A stretch of DNA of 64,000 bases from Macrostomum lignano. Lineage: Eukaryota. The translations under genes were made by a program, and so were the position numbers. The stretch is from positions 17,352-81,351 of the forward strand of contig NIVC01003710.1 in NCBI GenBank assembly GCA_002269645.1, read 5' to 3'. Shown one piece after another: positions 43,358-55,044 of the stretch. The notes below the pieces were generated by a model. The model made no database searches and was not told where the DNA came from. It was given only the letters and a program-made list of their open reading frames with translations. The first letter of the stretch is position 1; each line of letters opens with the position of its first letter.

Positions 43358-44190
43358 CAACTGCAGATTGTAGACTGAGAACTGCAGATTGTACAGACTT
43401 GAAACTGCAGATTGTACAGACTGAGAACTGCAGATTGTACAGACTGATAACTGCAGATTGTACAGACTGAGAACTGCAGATTGTACAGAGTGAGAACTGC
43501 AGATTGTACAGAGTGAGAACTGCAGATTGTACAGACTGAGAACTGCAGATTGTACAGACTGAGAACTGCAGATTGTACAGACTGATAACTGCAGATTGTA
43601 CAGACTGATAACTGCAGATTGTACAGACTGAGAACTGCAGATTGTACAGACTGAGAACTGCAGATTGTACAGACTGATAACTGCAGATTGTACAGACTGA
43701 GAACTGCAGATTGTACAGACTGAGAACTGCAGATTGTACAGACTGAGAACTGAAGATTGTACAGACTGAGAACTGATGATTGTACAGACTAACTGCAGAT
43801 TGTACAGACTGAGAACTGCAGATTGTACAGACTGATAACTGCAGATTGTACAGACTGAGAACTGCAGATTGTACAGACTAAGAACTGCAGATTGTACAGA
43901 CTGAGAACTGCAGATTGTACAGACTGAGAACTGCAGCTTGTACAGACTGAGAACTGCAGATTGTACAGACTGAGAACTGCAGATTGTACAGACTGAGAAC
44001 TGCAGATTGTACAGACTGAGAACTGAAGATTGTACAGACTGAGAACTGAAGATTGTACAGACTGAGAACTGCAGATTGTACAGACTGAGAACTGCAGATT
44101 GTACAGACTGATAACTGCAGATTGTACAGACTGAGAACTGCAGATTGTACAGACTGAGAACTGCAGATTGTACAGACTGAGAACTGTAGA
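43358..44190. repeat. 23-bp minisatellite (ACTGCAGATTGTACAGACTGAGA)n
   Basis: Directly visible. Confidence 0.96.
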
Positions 44191-45020
44191 CTTTAAGCAG
44201 TATTTTACTAGTAGGCAGGTCAAAATGGTCCCACATCCTGCAATTGATGCTAGGCATGTGGTATAATAGCCCCTTCTGACTTTCATAAAATAAAGCACAA
44301 AGAGTGAGAGACTGCGAGAGAGATTTGAGCTCAATGTCGTAGAAAAAATTCCGACTGAATGTCGCTTTACTTGATTTCCGCCCAGCCCTTCAATATTCAC
44401 CCCCCAGAGTTTTGAGAGTCGCCGCCCATCCACCATGCAGTATGCGAGTCGAGCCCGCATCCTGAGCTGGGCTGATGAAGAGCGCCATTCGCAACTTGCC
44501 AGAGATGGAGAGAGACGAGGTTCAAGAGACGCATTCAGACCCATTAGCAGTTTATTAGAATTAAACTTGACCCTCCCCCACTCTCTCCAAGGATTCCTCA
44601 CTGCTCAGACAGGTGAAATACAAATTAAATGAATGTGTAAATTCAAGTAATATGGCAATGATATTTGGCCATCATTATTATATCTCAGTATAGTGGGAGA
44701 GATGCGGGCACTTTCTAGAATTCTCTCTCTGACTCACTCAGATGTTCTAGAGGTCTGCTGTGTTTAGGTATGTAAAGTCTGCTTGGGTTATGGAGATGAG
44801 GGGCCTGAGAGCAACTGGACACAACACAATGATTACCAAACTTTGATCATTCTCAGTGATTCGTTTTTAAAAAATGCTAACTGGCTAAGAAACAGGCTTA
44901 AAATAACGCCAGATTTCTGCGCCATCTCCTTGCTCAAATCCACCCAATAATTTGATTGACTAATTTCTCACCTGCCAGCTGGCCACCTCCACCCACCCCA
45001 CCATCGCACCTGTCAGCCCC

Positions 45021-45182
45021 CAGCCAATGAGTGCTCAGCCTTCCAGCCAATGAGCTGTCGCCGCTGACGAGGCAGACGGCAACTCAGCGGGGCGCCAGGC
45101 GGTGAGCAGGGGATTGGGGCGGGTGGGGCAGCGGGCCACGGGGTTAAGAGGCTCGACATCCTCAAACTTCCTTTTAAAAAAA
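45021..45182 (+). promoter_or_regulatory. Candidate Six3/6 promoter: two CAGCCAATGAG (NF-Y) boxes, reverse CCAAT/GC box, TTTAAAA
   Basis: Identical 11-mers at 45021 and 45044; ATTGG/GGGGCGGG at 45113-45123; 150-300 nt upstream of the ATG. Confidence 0.5.
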
Positions 45183-45331
45183 TCTGTCGCTTATCCAAGC
45201 CCCAGAATCTTCTCCTCATCAGTTAGCCAAGTCTCTGTGGCAGCCGGAATACCCAGAAGAGCAGCGAACTGGATCAGCGCAGTCAGCAGCAGCAGCAGGC
45301 GTCGGCGTTGGCCGCCCTGTTCCACGAGATC

Positions 45332-46041
45332 ATGCGAGAGCGGAAGCTTGCCGCCGTGGCTGCGGCAGCCGCTCCTGGAAGCAGCAATCCGTTTAGTCTG
45401 CTCATGGAGCAGCAACAGCCGCAGCCGCCGCCACCGCCGCCGCCCGCGATGCTTCTCCCGCCACCCCCGCCGCCGCCGCTACCGTCGCTGCAGTTCGGGC
45501 CGGAGCAGGTTGGCCGCGTCTGCGAGACCTTGGAAGAATCCGGCGACATCGACCGGCTGGGCCGCTTCCTCTGGTCGCTGCCGGCCAACCCGCTGCTGTG
45601 GGAGGCGCTGAACCGGCACGAGTCCGTGCTGCGGGCCCGTGCCATCGTGGCCTTCCACACCGGCAACTACAGGGAGATGTACCACCTCATGGAGATGCAC
45701 CACTATGGCAAGGAGTCGCACGCCAAGCTGCAGGCCATGTGGCTGGAGGCGCACTACTTGGAGGCTGAGAAGCTCCGGGGCCGCTCGCTGGGCCCGGTGG
45801 ACAAGTACCGGGTGCGGAAGAAGTACCCGATGCCCAGGACCATCTGGGACGGAGAGCAGAAGACGCACTGCTTCAAGGAGCGAACCAGAGGCTTGCTGCG
45901 CGAGTGGTACCTGCAGGACCCGTACCCCAACCCGGCCAAGAAGAGGGAGCTGGCTGCGGCTACTGGCCTGACGCCCACCCAGGTGGGCAATTGGTTCAAG
46001 AACCGGCGACAGCGGGACCGGGCCGCCGCGGCTAAGAGCAG
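45332..46041 (+). CDS. six3/6: Six3/6 (optix) homeobox protein, exon 1: SIX domain + homeodomain
   Basis: [30 protein letters not shown]...[46 protein letters not shown]...[19 protein letters not shown] is diagnostic of Six3/6. Phase-2 donor AG|GTGAGC at the conserved position. Confidence 0.97.
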
Positions 46042-46075
46042 GTGAGCTGACCAGTTATAGCGGTTGCTATGTGCT

Positions 46076-46968
46076 TGGGATCTGAGGGATCTCAGCTTGG
46101 GGTCTGAGGGATCTCAGCCTGGGGTCTGAGGGATCTCAGCTTGGGGTCTGAGGGATCTCAGCCTGGGGTCTGAGGGATCTCAGCTTGGGGTCTGAGGGAT
46201 CTCAGCTTGGGGTCTGAGGGATCTCAGCTTGGGGTCTGAGGGATCTCAGCTTGGGTCTGGGGGATCTCAGCTTGGGGTCTGAGGGATCTCAGCTTGGGGT
46301 CTGAGGGATCTCAGCTTGGGGTCTGAGGGATCTCAGCTTGGGGTCTGAGGGATCTCAGCTTGGGTCTGGGGGATCTCAGCTTGGGGTCTGAGGGATCTCA
46401 GCTTGGGTCTGGGGGATCTCAATTTCAGGTCTGGTGGGATCTCAGCTTCAGGCCTGAGGGATTTCAGCTTCAGGTCTGGGGGATCTCAGCTTCAGGTCTG
46501 GGGGATCTCAGCTTCAGGTCTGGGGGATCTCAGCTTCAGGTCTGAGGGATTTCAGCTTCAGGTCTGGGGGATCTCAGCTTCAGGTCTGGGGGATCTCAGC
46601 TTCAGGTCTGAGGGATTTCAGCTTCAGGTCTGGGAGATCTCAGCTTCAGGTCTGGGGGATTTCAGCTTCAGGTCTGGTGGGATCTCAGCTTCAGGTCTGG
46701 TGGGATCTCAGCTTCAGGTCTGGGGGATCTCAGCTTCAGGCCTGAGGGATTTCAGCTTCAGGCCTGAGGGATTTCAGCTTCAGGTCTGGGGGATCTCAGC
46801 TTCAGGTCTGGGGGATTTCAGCTTCAGGTCTGGTGGGATCTCAGCTTCAGGTCTAGGGGATCTCAACTTCAGGTCTGGTGGGATCTCAGCTTCAGGTCTG
46901 GGGGATCTCAGCTTCAGGTCTGGGGGATCTCAGCTTCAGGTCTGAGGGATTTCAGCTTCAGGTCTGGG
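46076..46968. repeat. 22-bp minisatellite (GGGATCTCAGCTTGGGGTCTGA, shifting to a ...TTCAGGTCT variant), intronic
   Basis: Directly visible; polar change of unit near 46420. Confidence 0.95.
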
Positions 46969-48384
46969 GAATTCGGGTTTCGCTACTAAAGGGGTGTCTT
47001 TCAGATTGTTTCGATTTAAAGGATGCCATTTTTTCGGATTTGAGGATCGTCCTAAGGGAAAAGATTTTTGGGAACTATGAAACAGCATTTAAAATATGAA
47101 ATGTGGGATTTTGAAATTAGATCAGGAAGATAATCTATTCTTTCAGAGCAGGCACCAGTTTGTCGGGCGCGTGTCTCAGACCTTGGCTCCAATATAACTG
47201 CGCAGTTGTTGTGTCAAGACGGCACCAGAACTGCTGCAAATTGGTCTTCTCTCTTTTCCTTCACAATTCACTCATTCAATTCACTCACACATTCACTCGC
47301 CAACACGCTGGCTGTCTATCCAATGCTCTCAACTCTTGGGGGATCTTGCCACACGACAGCGGGGGCCAACTGATTCTGGAGCACAATTGCTTGTCGGCGC
47401 CACAGAGTCTGCGCCGCCTCATCACTCCCAGTCTCCTACTCCGCCTCATCTGGGCAGTGCCGCCATGTCAGTATATATCTCAAGTGGGCCTCCGACGCAC
47501 AACCACCCCAAGTGCCGGGCGCAGGTCTATTACCATTTTTTGCTGCTTCTAGCAGACAGAGGTGAGGGAGGGAACACCAAGAATAATCCACTTCTGTCTC
47601 CTTTCATGAAGGACTCATTTCTGTGTGCGTGTTTTTTTAGTCCGGGCCCTCACCGCGAGCCAAATCTGCTCAGTGGGGGGCCCTCAGCTTGAAGGGGGGT
47701 GTTGGTGGTTAGTTTAACAACATCTAATATACTGGCGATCATCGGTCTCAATGCAGCATCAAGTGATGCTTGTTCACCGGCCTCGCTACCAGATGATGAT
47801 GAAGAGAGGATAGATTTAGATTGAGAGGCATAAAGGCCCAAACAGAGAATGCTGGTGACGGCCCATTGTCTTGCGAGAGATGAGAGAGAATTAGAAACAG
47901 ATGATGGAAATTCCTGGCTGGCGTTAATGACCCTAATTGACTGGAGAGCTGGGCATTGAGTCCGAGTTTATGACGCGGGGGGCAGGCTGTCAGTCACGGG
48001 CCTCCCGCTGAGCAATGTTGTGAGGCAAAGTGCTACACAGCTACACACGCATAGATATGTAATCATTGTAGAGCATAATTGTTGAGTACGGTAGTTGCAA
48101 TCTGATGCCGCAGCGGGGTTGCCAATCCGGCCCACCGTCCGCCCCGTGTCTAACACGAAAGCTGACTTGTTTAACACCAGCTGTAATTAAGATTCTAGTT
48201 TTTGCAAAGCCAAGGCATTGTGAAACAACTTTTCAAGCAAAGCTGCTTTGGGGTTCTTCACTTCAAAGTTTTCTCAAGTTTCTTCTTTGAGAACCAAAAT
48301 CTGGCGCTTTGAATTTGAGATTGGGACTCAGCAGAAGGCGTTGATTTTTATTGACAAAGAGGCGGCAGGGGTGGATGCGCAGCG

Positions 48385-48900
48385 GGGGCGGATAGAGAGC
48401 GGATTCGCGGATGTGAGGGGCGGATAGAGAGCGGATTTGGGAATGTGGTGAGCGGATAGAGAGCGGATATGTGAATGTGGGGAGCGGATAGAGAGCAGAT
48501 TCGTGAATGTGGGGAGCGGATAGAGAGCGGATTTGTGATGTGAGGGGCGGATAGAGAGCGGATTTCTGATGTGAGGGGCGGATATAGAGCGGATTCGCGG
48601 ATGTGAGGGGCGGATAGAGAGCGAGTTTGTGAATGTGGTGAGCGGATAGAGAGAGGATTTGTGAATGTGGTGAGTGGATAGAGAGCGGGTTTGTGAATGT
48701 GGGGGGCAGGCTGTCAGTCACGGGCCTCCCGCTGAGCAATGTTGTGAGGCAAAGTGCTACACAGCTACACACGCATAGATATGTAATCATTGTAGAGCAT
48801 AATTGTTGAGTAGTGAGCGGATAGAGAGCGGGTTTGTGAATGTGGTGAGCGGATAGAGAGCGGGTTTGTGAATGTGGTGAGCGGATAGAGAGCGGATTAG
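48385..48900. repeat. About 32-bp minisatellite (GCGGATAGAGAGCGGATTTGTGAATGTGGTGA)n
   Basis: Directly visible; interrupted at 48701-48812. Confidence 0.9.
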
Positions 48901-49579
48901 CGGAGGACCCGACGGCAGCAATTGCATATAGAGAACAATGAGCACTAGTTAGAGCTAAATAGGGACTGAGCAAGCGGGAAGGCAGGACAAGAACACACAG
49001 GAAGCCGCAGCTGATCAATGTCGAGTCAAAACAAGCCAGAAAAGCTCTGGCCAACCCCCAAGCAGGGGGTGCAGACGCAGGCACTGGGGGGGGGGAGTCA
49101 AAGACCTACCTGACAACAGGATCCATGTCTCAAAAAAGTGATACTGCACCAAATAATGCTTTTTTCTTCCTAACACCACAGACGCCTCTTCCAGTCTCTC
49201 CCGGGCTCTTCATCTCCTCCCGCTCATTGAGGGTCACTTCCCTTCTCTCTTTCTGGCATATTTCTACAATAACTCCACCCTCAGAGACTTCCTCACAGCG
49301 GGACCCCCAAAGAAGGCGGATCTTTGCGTGTCTAACAGTCTAAGCTATCCGCTATTGTTCAGCTTTTTTCCCAATGCTATCTCCCCTGCATCAGCCGCGC
49401 CAGCCTCTTTCTCACCCATGTAGTGCGGAGTCGGATTACCGAAAATCTTTTCCCGCGCGCAGCTGTTCAAGGCTGATCCTCAGGGCTGTGGAAGCCATGC
49501 TTTATTAAATACTGCTGTAGGCTTTTTTCCTGGGTTTCAAAAAATCAACTGGGAAAATGTGCGAACCCGTGACTGAACT

Positions 49580-50122
49580 TGAGAATGACTCCTCAAGATA
49601 TCATCATCTTCCCAAGAATCTCACCAACTTCCCAAGATATCATCTTCTTCCCAAGAATCTCACCAACTTCCCAAGATATCATCTTCTTCCCAAGAATCTC
49701 ACCGACTCCCCAAGAATCTCACTGAATTCCCAAGAATCTCACCGACTCCCCAAGAATCTCACCGACTCCCCAAGAATCTCACCGACTCCCCAAGAATCTC
49801 ACTGAATTCCCAAGAATCTCACCGACTCCCCAAGAATCTCACCGACTCCCCAAGAATCTCACCGACTCCCCAAGAATCTCACTGACTTCCCAAGAATCTC
49901 CCGACTCTCCAAGAATCTCACCGACTCCCCAAGAATCTCACCGACTCCCCAAGAATCTCACCGACTCCAGAAAAATCTCACCGACTCCAAAAGAATCTCA
50001 ACGACTCCAGAAAAATCTAACCGACTCCAGAAAAATCTAACCGACTCCAGAAAAATCTAACCGACTCCAGAAAAGTCTAACCGACTCCAGAAAAATCTCA
50101 CCGACTCCAGAAGAATCTCACC
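49580..50122. repeat. 20-bp minisatellite (ACCGACTCCCCAAGAATCTC)n
   Basis: Directly visible. Confidence 0.94.
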
Positions 50123-50199
50123 CCTTCCTCGAAGCGACATCTTGAAAAAACCTCACCAAGTCAAACCCGAACGCCCACCACCATTACAACAATTCCAAG

Positions 50200-50530
50200 G
50201 GTGCACAACTTGTCAGACTCGAACTGCGAGGGTCCGTCCAAGTCGGACGACGAAGAATTCTACGACGTGGTGGACGACGTCGATGTCGACGATGACGGAT
50301 TCGGCGAGGCGGACGGCGTGGACAGCTGGCTGGACGTGGAGTCAGACGGCGACGACGAGATAAAGGTCGCATCGGACTGCCGCGGTCAGCAGCAGCAGCG
50401 GCCGATCGACTGCTCGTTGAAGCGAAGGCACAGCCGGGATTCGACGGAAGCAGACGAGGCTCCGAGTACGTCGGTGAGTCGCAAGCGCAGCCGCCCACAT
50501 GAGGGATTTAAAGCCATTCGCAACAACTGA
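50200..50530 (+). CDS. six3/6: Probable Six3/6 exon 2 (acidic C-terminus), giving about 346 aa
   Basis: CCAAG|G acceptor restores the phase-2 Arg codon; GC3-rich open frame VHNLSDSNCEGPSKSDDEEFYDVVDD...NN*. The polypyrimidine tract is weak. Confidence 0.55.
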
Positions 50531-50784
50531 CCGGCGTGCGATGCACATCGCCACGGGTGGACGAGAAACTAGTCAACTGGACACCGCGTCATCAAGGTCA
50601 TCTACTTTAACCGCGACTGATTGGTTTAAAAAGATTGTGTTGTTTTTCTTAATTTGTCTCTCAGATTTTGTTTCACTTTTGTTTGGCTTTTGTAATTTTT
50701 GCTTTTCTATTGAATCCACCTCGTTTTCTATTCAGTAGACAGTGATGTTTCTGCTAATTTGTATGGTAGAAAATTTTATACTAT

Positions 50785-51530
50785 CTGCCAAGTCGGGTAG
50801 ACAGCAGATAGAAGAGAGTGAGGGAGATAGAGAGATGCAGAGTGCCGAGTAGACAGGAGATAGAGAGATGCAGAGTGTCGGGTAGACAGGAGATAGAGAG
50901 AGATGCAGAGTGTCGGGTAGACAGGAGATAGAGAGAGATGCAGAGTGTCGGGTAGACAGGAGATAGAGAGAGATGCAGAGTGTCGGGTAGACAGGAGATA
51001 GAGAGAGATGCAGAGTGTCGGGTAGACAGGAGATAGAGAGAGATGCAGAGTGTCGGGTAGACAGGAGATAGAGCGATGCAGAGTGCCGAGTAGACAGGAG
51101 ATAGAGAGATGCAGAGTGCCGGGTAGACAGGAGATAGAGAGAGATGCAGAGTGCCGGGTAGACAGGAGATAGAGAGAGATGCAGAGTGCCGAGTAGACAG
51201 GAGATAGAGAGATGCAGTGTGCCGGGTAGACAGGAGATAGAGAGAGATGCAGAGTGTCGGGTAGACAGGAGATAGATGCAGAGTGCCGGGTAGACAGGAG
51301 ATAGAGAGAGATGCAGAGTGCCGAGTAGACAGGAGATAGAGAGAGATGCAGTGTGCCGGGTAGACAGGAGATAGAGAGAGATGCAGAGTGTCGGGTAGAC
51401 AGGAGATAGATGCAGAGTGTCGGGTAGACATGAGATAGAGAGAGATGCAGAGTGCCGGGTAGACAGGAGATAGAGAGATGCAGAGTGCCGAGTAGACAGG
51501 AGATAGAGAGCTCCAGACTGTCGGGTAGAC
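50785..51530. repeat. 29-35-bp minisatellite (GTCGGGTAGACAGGAGATAGAGAGAGATGCAGAGT)n
   Basis: Directly visible; the internal GA count varies. Confidence 0.94.
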
Positions 51531-52054
51531 ACGGAAAACATACCCGTAATAAAAGTCAGTGGTTCAGATTAGCAGATGAAAACTGGAACACATTTTCCTG
51601 GAAGTGCCGCAGAAGCGGTCAGCTGGGAGTTTCAACCAGAGACAATTGCGCCCGCCCTCCCCATTGTGTTCGCACTCAGATCCCATCGTTAAGCAATGGG
51701 ATTCGAACATGACCCAACACATCAGACTGTGAACTGTGACGCACTTTGTACTGTAATTTGTACCCCTCCCCTTGCTGTGTCTGGTGTTTGATAAAGAAAA
51801 AACTGTGCAAATTTAATTTTAAGAATATATTACGACAAATAATCATCGCAGCGGATACTGCGGAATTAGTGGATGTATTCAGGTGATACCTGTTGTCTAT
51901 AAAAAAACAAAATCAAGATAACGCTTGATCAAAAACGTAGTCAATCATTTCCTGATCCTTAAACAAACAGTACAAAAGTCTAAAGAAACATCACAGCGCA
52001 TGCTTCAATTGTTGTAACATTTAAGTTTTTTGTAGAATTCAGTTAGTGGCATCA

Positions 52055-52880
52055 GCGACATGAGTGACATCAGTGATCAGTGAGATCAGTGCCATCAGTG
52101 ACATGAGTGACATCAGTAACTTTAGTGAAATCAATGAAATGAGTGACATGAGTGACATGAGCGACATGAGTGACTTCAGTGACATCAGTGACATCAGTGG
52201 CATCAGAGATATCAGTGACATGAGTGACATGAGTGACATTAGTGACATGAGTTACATCAGGGGCATGAGTGACACAAGTGACATGTGAGTTATATAAGTG
52301 ACATGTGAGTTAGATAAGTGACATAAGTGACATGTGAGTCACATGATTTACATGAGTGACATGTGAGTTACATAAGTGACATGTGAGTTACATGAGTGAC
52401 ATGTGAGTTACATGAGTGACATGTGAGTTACACGAGTGACATGTGAGTTACATGAGTGACATAAGTGACATGTGAGTTAAATGAGTGACATGTGAGTTAC
52501 ATGAGTGACATGTGAGTTACATGAGTGACATGTGAGTTACATGAGTGACATGTGAGTTACATGAGTGACATGTGAGTTACATGAGTGACATGTGAGTTAC
52601 ATGAGTGACATGTGAGTTACATGAGTGACATGAGTGACATGTGAGTTACATGAGTGACATGAGTGACATGTGAGTTACATGAGTGACATGAGTGACATGT
52701 GAGTTACATGAGTAACATAAGTGACATGTGAGTCACATGAGTGACATAAGTGACATGTGAGTTACATGAGTGACATGTGAGTCACATGAGTGACATAAGC
52801 GACATGTGAGCCACATGAGTGACATAAGTGACACGTGAGTCACATGAGTTACATAAGCGACATGAGTCACATGAGTGACA
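52055..52880. repeat. GTGACAT-based 9-20 bp composite minisatellite
   Basis: Directly visible. Confidence 0.93.
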
Positions 52881-53611
52881 ACCCCCAGTTTTATTTACTG
52901 AATGAAGCGATGCAGATGAATTGATGGTGCTCGGAAGGCAGCTGAGGGAGATTAACCCAAGGCGCCTCCAGTGACAACCCCGATACAAAAATAATTGAGC
53001 CGGGCCATTTGAGGAAATTTGTTTAGAAAACAGCCGCAGGTGCAACCAATCAGGATCGGGGCAGTCCCCGCTGCTATCAGCAATTAGCGATTGACTTTGC
53101 CCATCCCTACTGGAAGAGAATCAATCACTGTGCTAAAAATGATCCAGGCTAAAAAAGGAAAAAATCTTAGGTTTTCAATCGTACAGAGAGTCTAATCTAA
53201 GTGGAAGCCAGTGTCTCGGCAATTTTACATCTCGGCAGCTTTTAAAGAAAAGATTGCCCCGTTTAGCCCGCGTCAATTAGGCAAATTTGTTGTAAAGCCG
53301 GCGCACCTGCAATCTGCGGATTTCGCTTTGAGTTGATTGGCCGGTCAACAAGAAGGAGATGGCGGCGATTGAAAGATCAGAACCAGCTTTTAGGGTTCGC
53401 CGGCCTCGGTTGTTTCTCTGTCCGCGAGAATTTGTTTATAGATAATTTATTTTTCAATAAAAATTGGCCCCACGATTACGTTTGTATTGGGTTCTAAATC
53501 CGATAATTACTCGATCGCTTTTCTAGAGATTTAAGCGATGCGAATTGGAGCAAATGTTTTGTCAGTCTGGGCCGGAAAAAATTGCCCCACCTTTTTGAGT
53601 CAAAACAGGTG

Positions 53612-54146
53612 CATTGGCGCCAAGTTGGATTTTAGGGGCGCCAAATTAGATTTTAGGGGCCCAAGTTGAATTTTAGGGGTGCCAAGTTTGATTTTAGGAG
53701 CGCGAACTTCGATATCAAGGCGCCAAATTAGATTTAAAGGGCGCCAAATTGGATATCAAGGCGCCAAGTTGGATATTTGGGGGCGCCAAGTTTGATTTTT
53801 GGGTGCGCCAAGTTGGATTTTAGGGGCGCCACACAAGTTGGATTTTCGGGGGTGCCAAGTTGGATTTTAGAGGCGCCAAGCTGGATTTTAGAGGCGCCAA
53901 GTTGGATTTTAGGGGCGCCACACAAGTTGGATTTTCGGGGGTGCCAAGTTGGATTTTAGGGGCGCCAAGTTTGATTTTTGGGTGCGCCAAGTTGGATTTT
54001 AGGGGCGCCACACAAGTTGGATTTTCGGGGGTGCCAAGTTGGATTTTAGGAGCGCCAGGTTGGATTTTAAGGGCGCCAAGTTGGATTTTCGGGGCGCCAA
54101 GTTGGATTTTAGGGGCGCCAAGTCTTTTTAGGGCGCCAATTTGGAT
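53612..54146. repeat. About 21-bp minisatellite (GGCGCCAAGTTGGATTTTAGG)n abutting the provirus terminus
   Basis: Directly visible. Confidence 0.92.
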
Positions 54147-54154
54147 ATCAGGGC

Positions 54155-54424
54155 AGTAGTATATAAAAAGACGCTTCTAGACCCAGAGCACTTTTTTAAT
54201 GACCGTTTTAAGGGTCTAGAGGGGGGACACGGGTGGTAAATAAAAAAACACATCTAAACACCATTAACACATCTAATCACCCATAATCACCCCTAACAAT
54301 AAAATCACTTCCCAACACTTCCAAACACTCCCCAACACCCCCCTCGCGTCCCCCCTCTTAAGACCTTACAAACGGCCATTAAAATAAGGTCTGATCTAGA
54401 AGCGTCTTTTTCTATACTACTACT
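54155..54424. repeat. Terminal inverted-repeat structure: two arms of about 80 bp around a G-poor spacer
   Basis: AGTAGTATATAAAAAGACGCTTCTAGA (54155) versus the reverse complement of the arm ending at 54424, AGTAGTAGTATAGAAAAAGACGCTTCTAGA; similarity continues through TTTAATG.CCGTTT and AGAGGGGGGAC. Confidence 0.85.
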
Positions 54425-54478
54425 CTATAACCCCTTGCCCGCGCCGCAGGCGCGAAGGGTCTTTTTCTGTTACTAAAA

Positions 54479-54793
54479 ATGACCCGAGTTTACACCTTTT
54501 CTGTTAGTGATACTTTTGAGACTGTTGCTAAAAATGCAGAGATAATAAAACAACATATTTTGAATGGAATAATTGATGAAGTTTATTTAAAATATGACGA
54601 CAAGCACGACCTAAAACTTTATCCATTAGAGCTAGATGAGATGTATGATTTAGAACAAGAGGGTGAGTTAATATTTCAACTTGGAGATTATTTAAATTCG
54701 GATGATTGGGAGGTTAGATCAACAGATTCCGAATCAACAAATAGTTCATATGAAACCAGTGATTCAGAGAATGAAAGTGAAATTTTTATGTGA
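54479..54793 (+). CDS. Viral hypothetical acidic protein (104 aa)
   Basis: Intact ORF with AAAAATG start; no recognised motif. Confidence 0.6.
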   Translation: MTRVYTFSVSDTFETVAKNAEIIKQHILNGIIDEVYLKYDDKHDLKLYPLELDEMYDLEQEGELIFQLGDYLNSDDWEVRSTDSESTNSSYETSDSENESEIFM

Positions 54794-54809
54794 AAAAAAT
54801 ATTTAAAAA

Positions 54810-55034
54810 ATGAACTATTATTCTATAACAGAAACGACATTTATTGTGAAAAATATATATAAAAAAATGAAGGTAAACTATTCCTACATCGGAAATGTGC
54901 CGATTAATGAACTTAATGAAAATTTAAGTTTGATAACAGTTGAACAAATGTCAATAATAATATTAGTAACAATTATAGTAATAATATTGTTTTTGTTTGT
55001 TATAAAAAATTTACTACCATGTTGTCTCAAGTAA
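54810..55034 (+). CDS. Viral small membrane protein (C-terminal hydrophobic helix, PCCLK end)
   Basis: SIIILVTIIVIILFLFVI segment; AAAAAATG start. Confidence 0.5.
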   Translation: MNYYSITETTFIVKNIYKKMKVNYSYIGNVPINELNENLSLITVEQMSIIILVTIIVIILFLFVIKNLLPCCLK

Positions 55035-55044
55035 TTGTTCGAAC

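Noticed and set aside
47650-47841. Antisense exon-like ORF inside the Six3/6 intron
   Set aside because: Splice-like signals only, with no motif or neighbouring exons.
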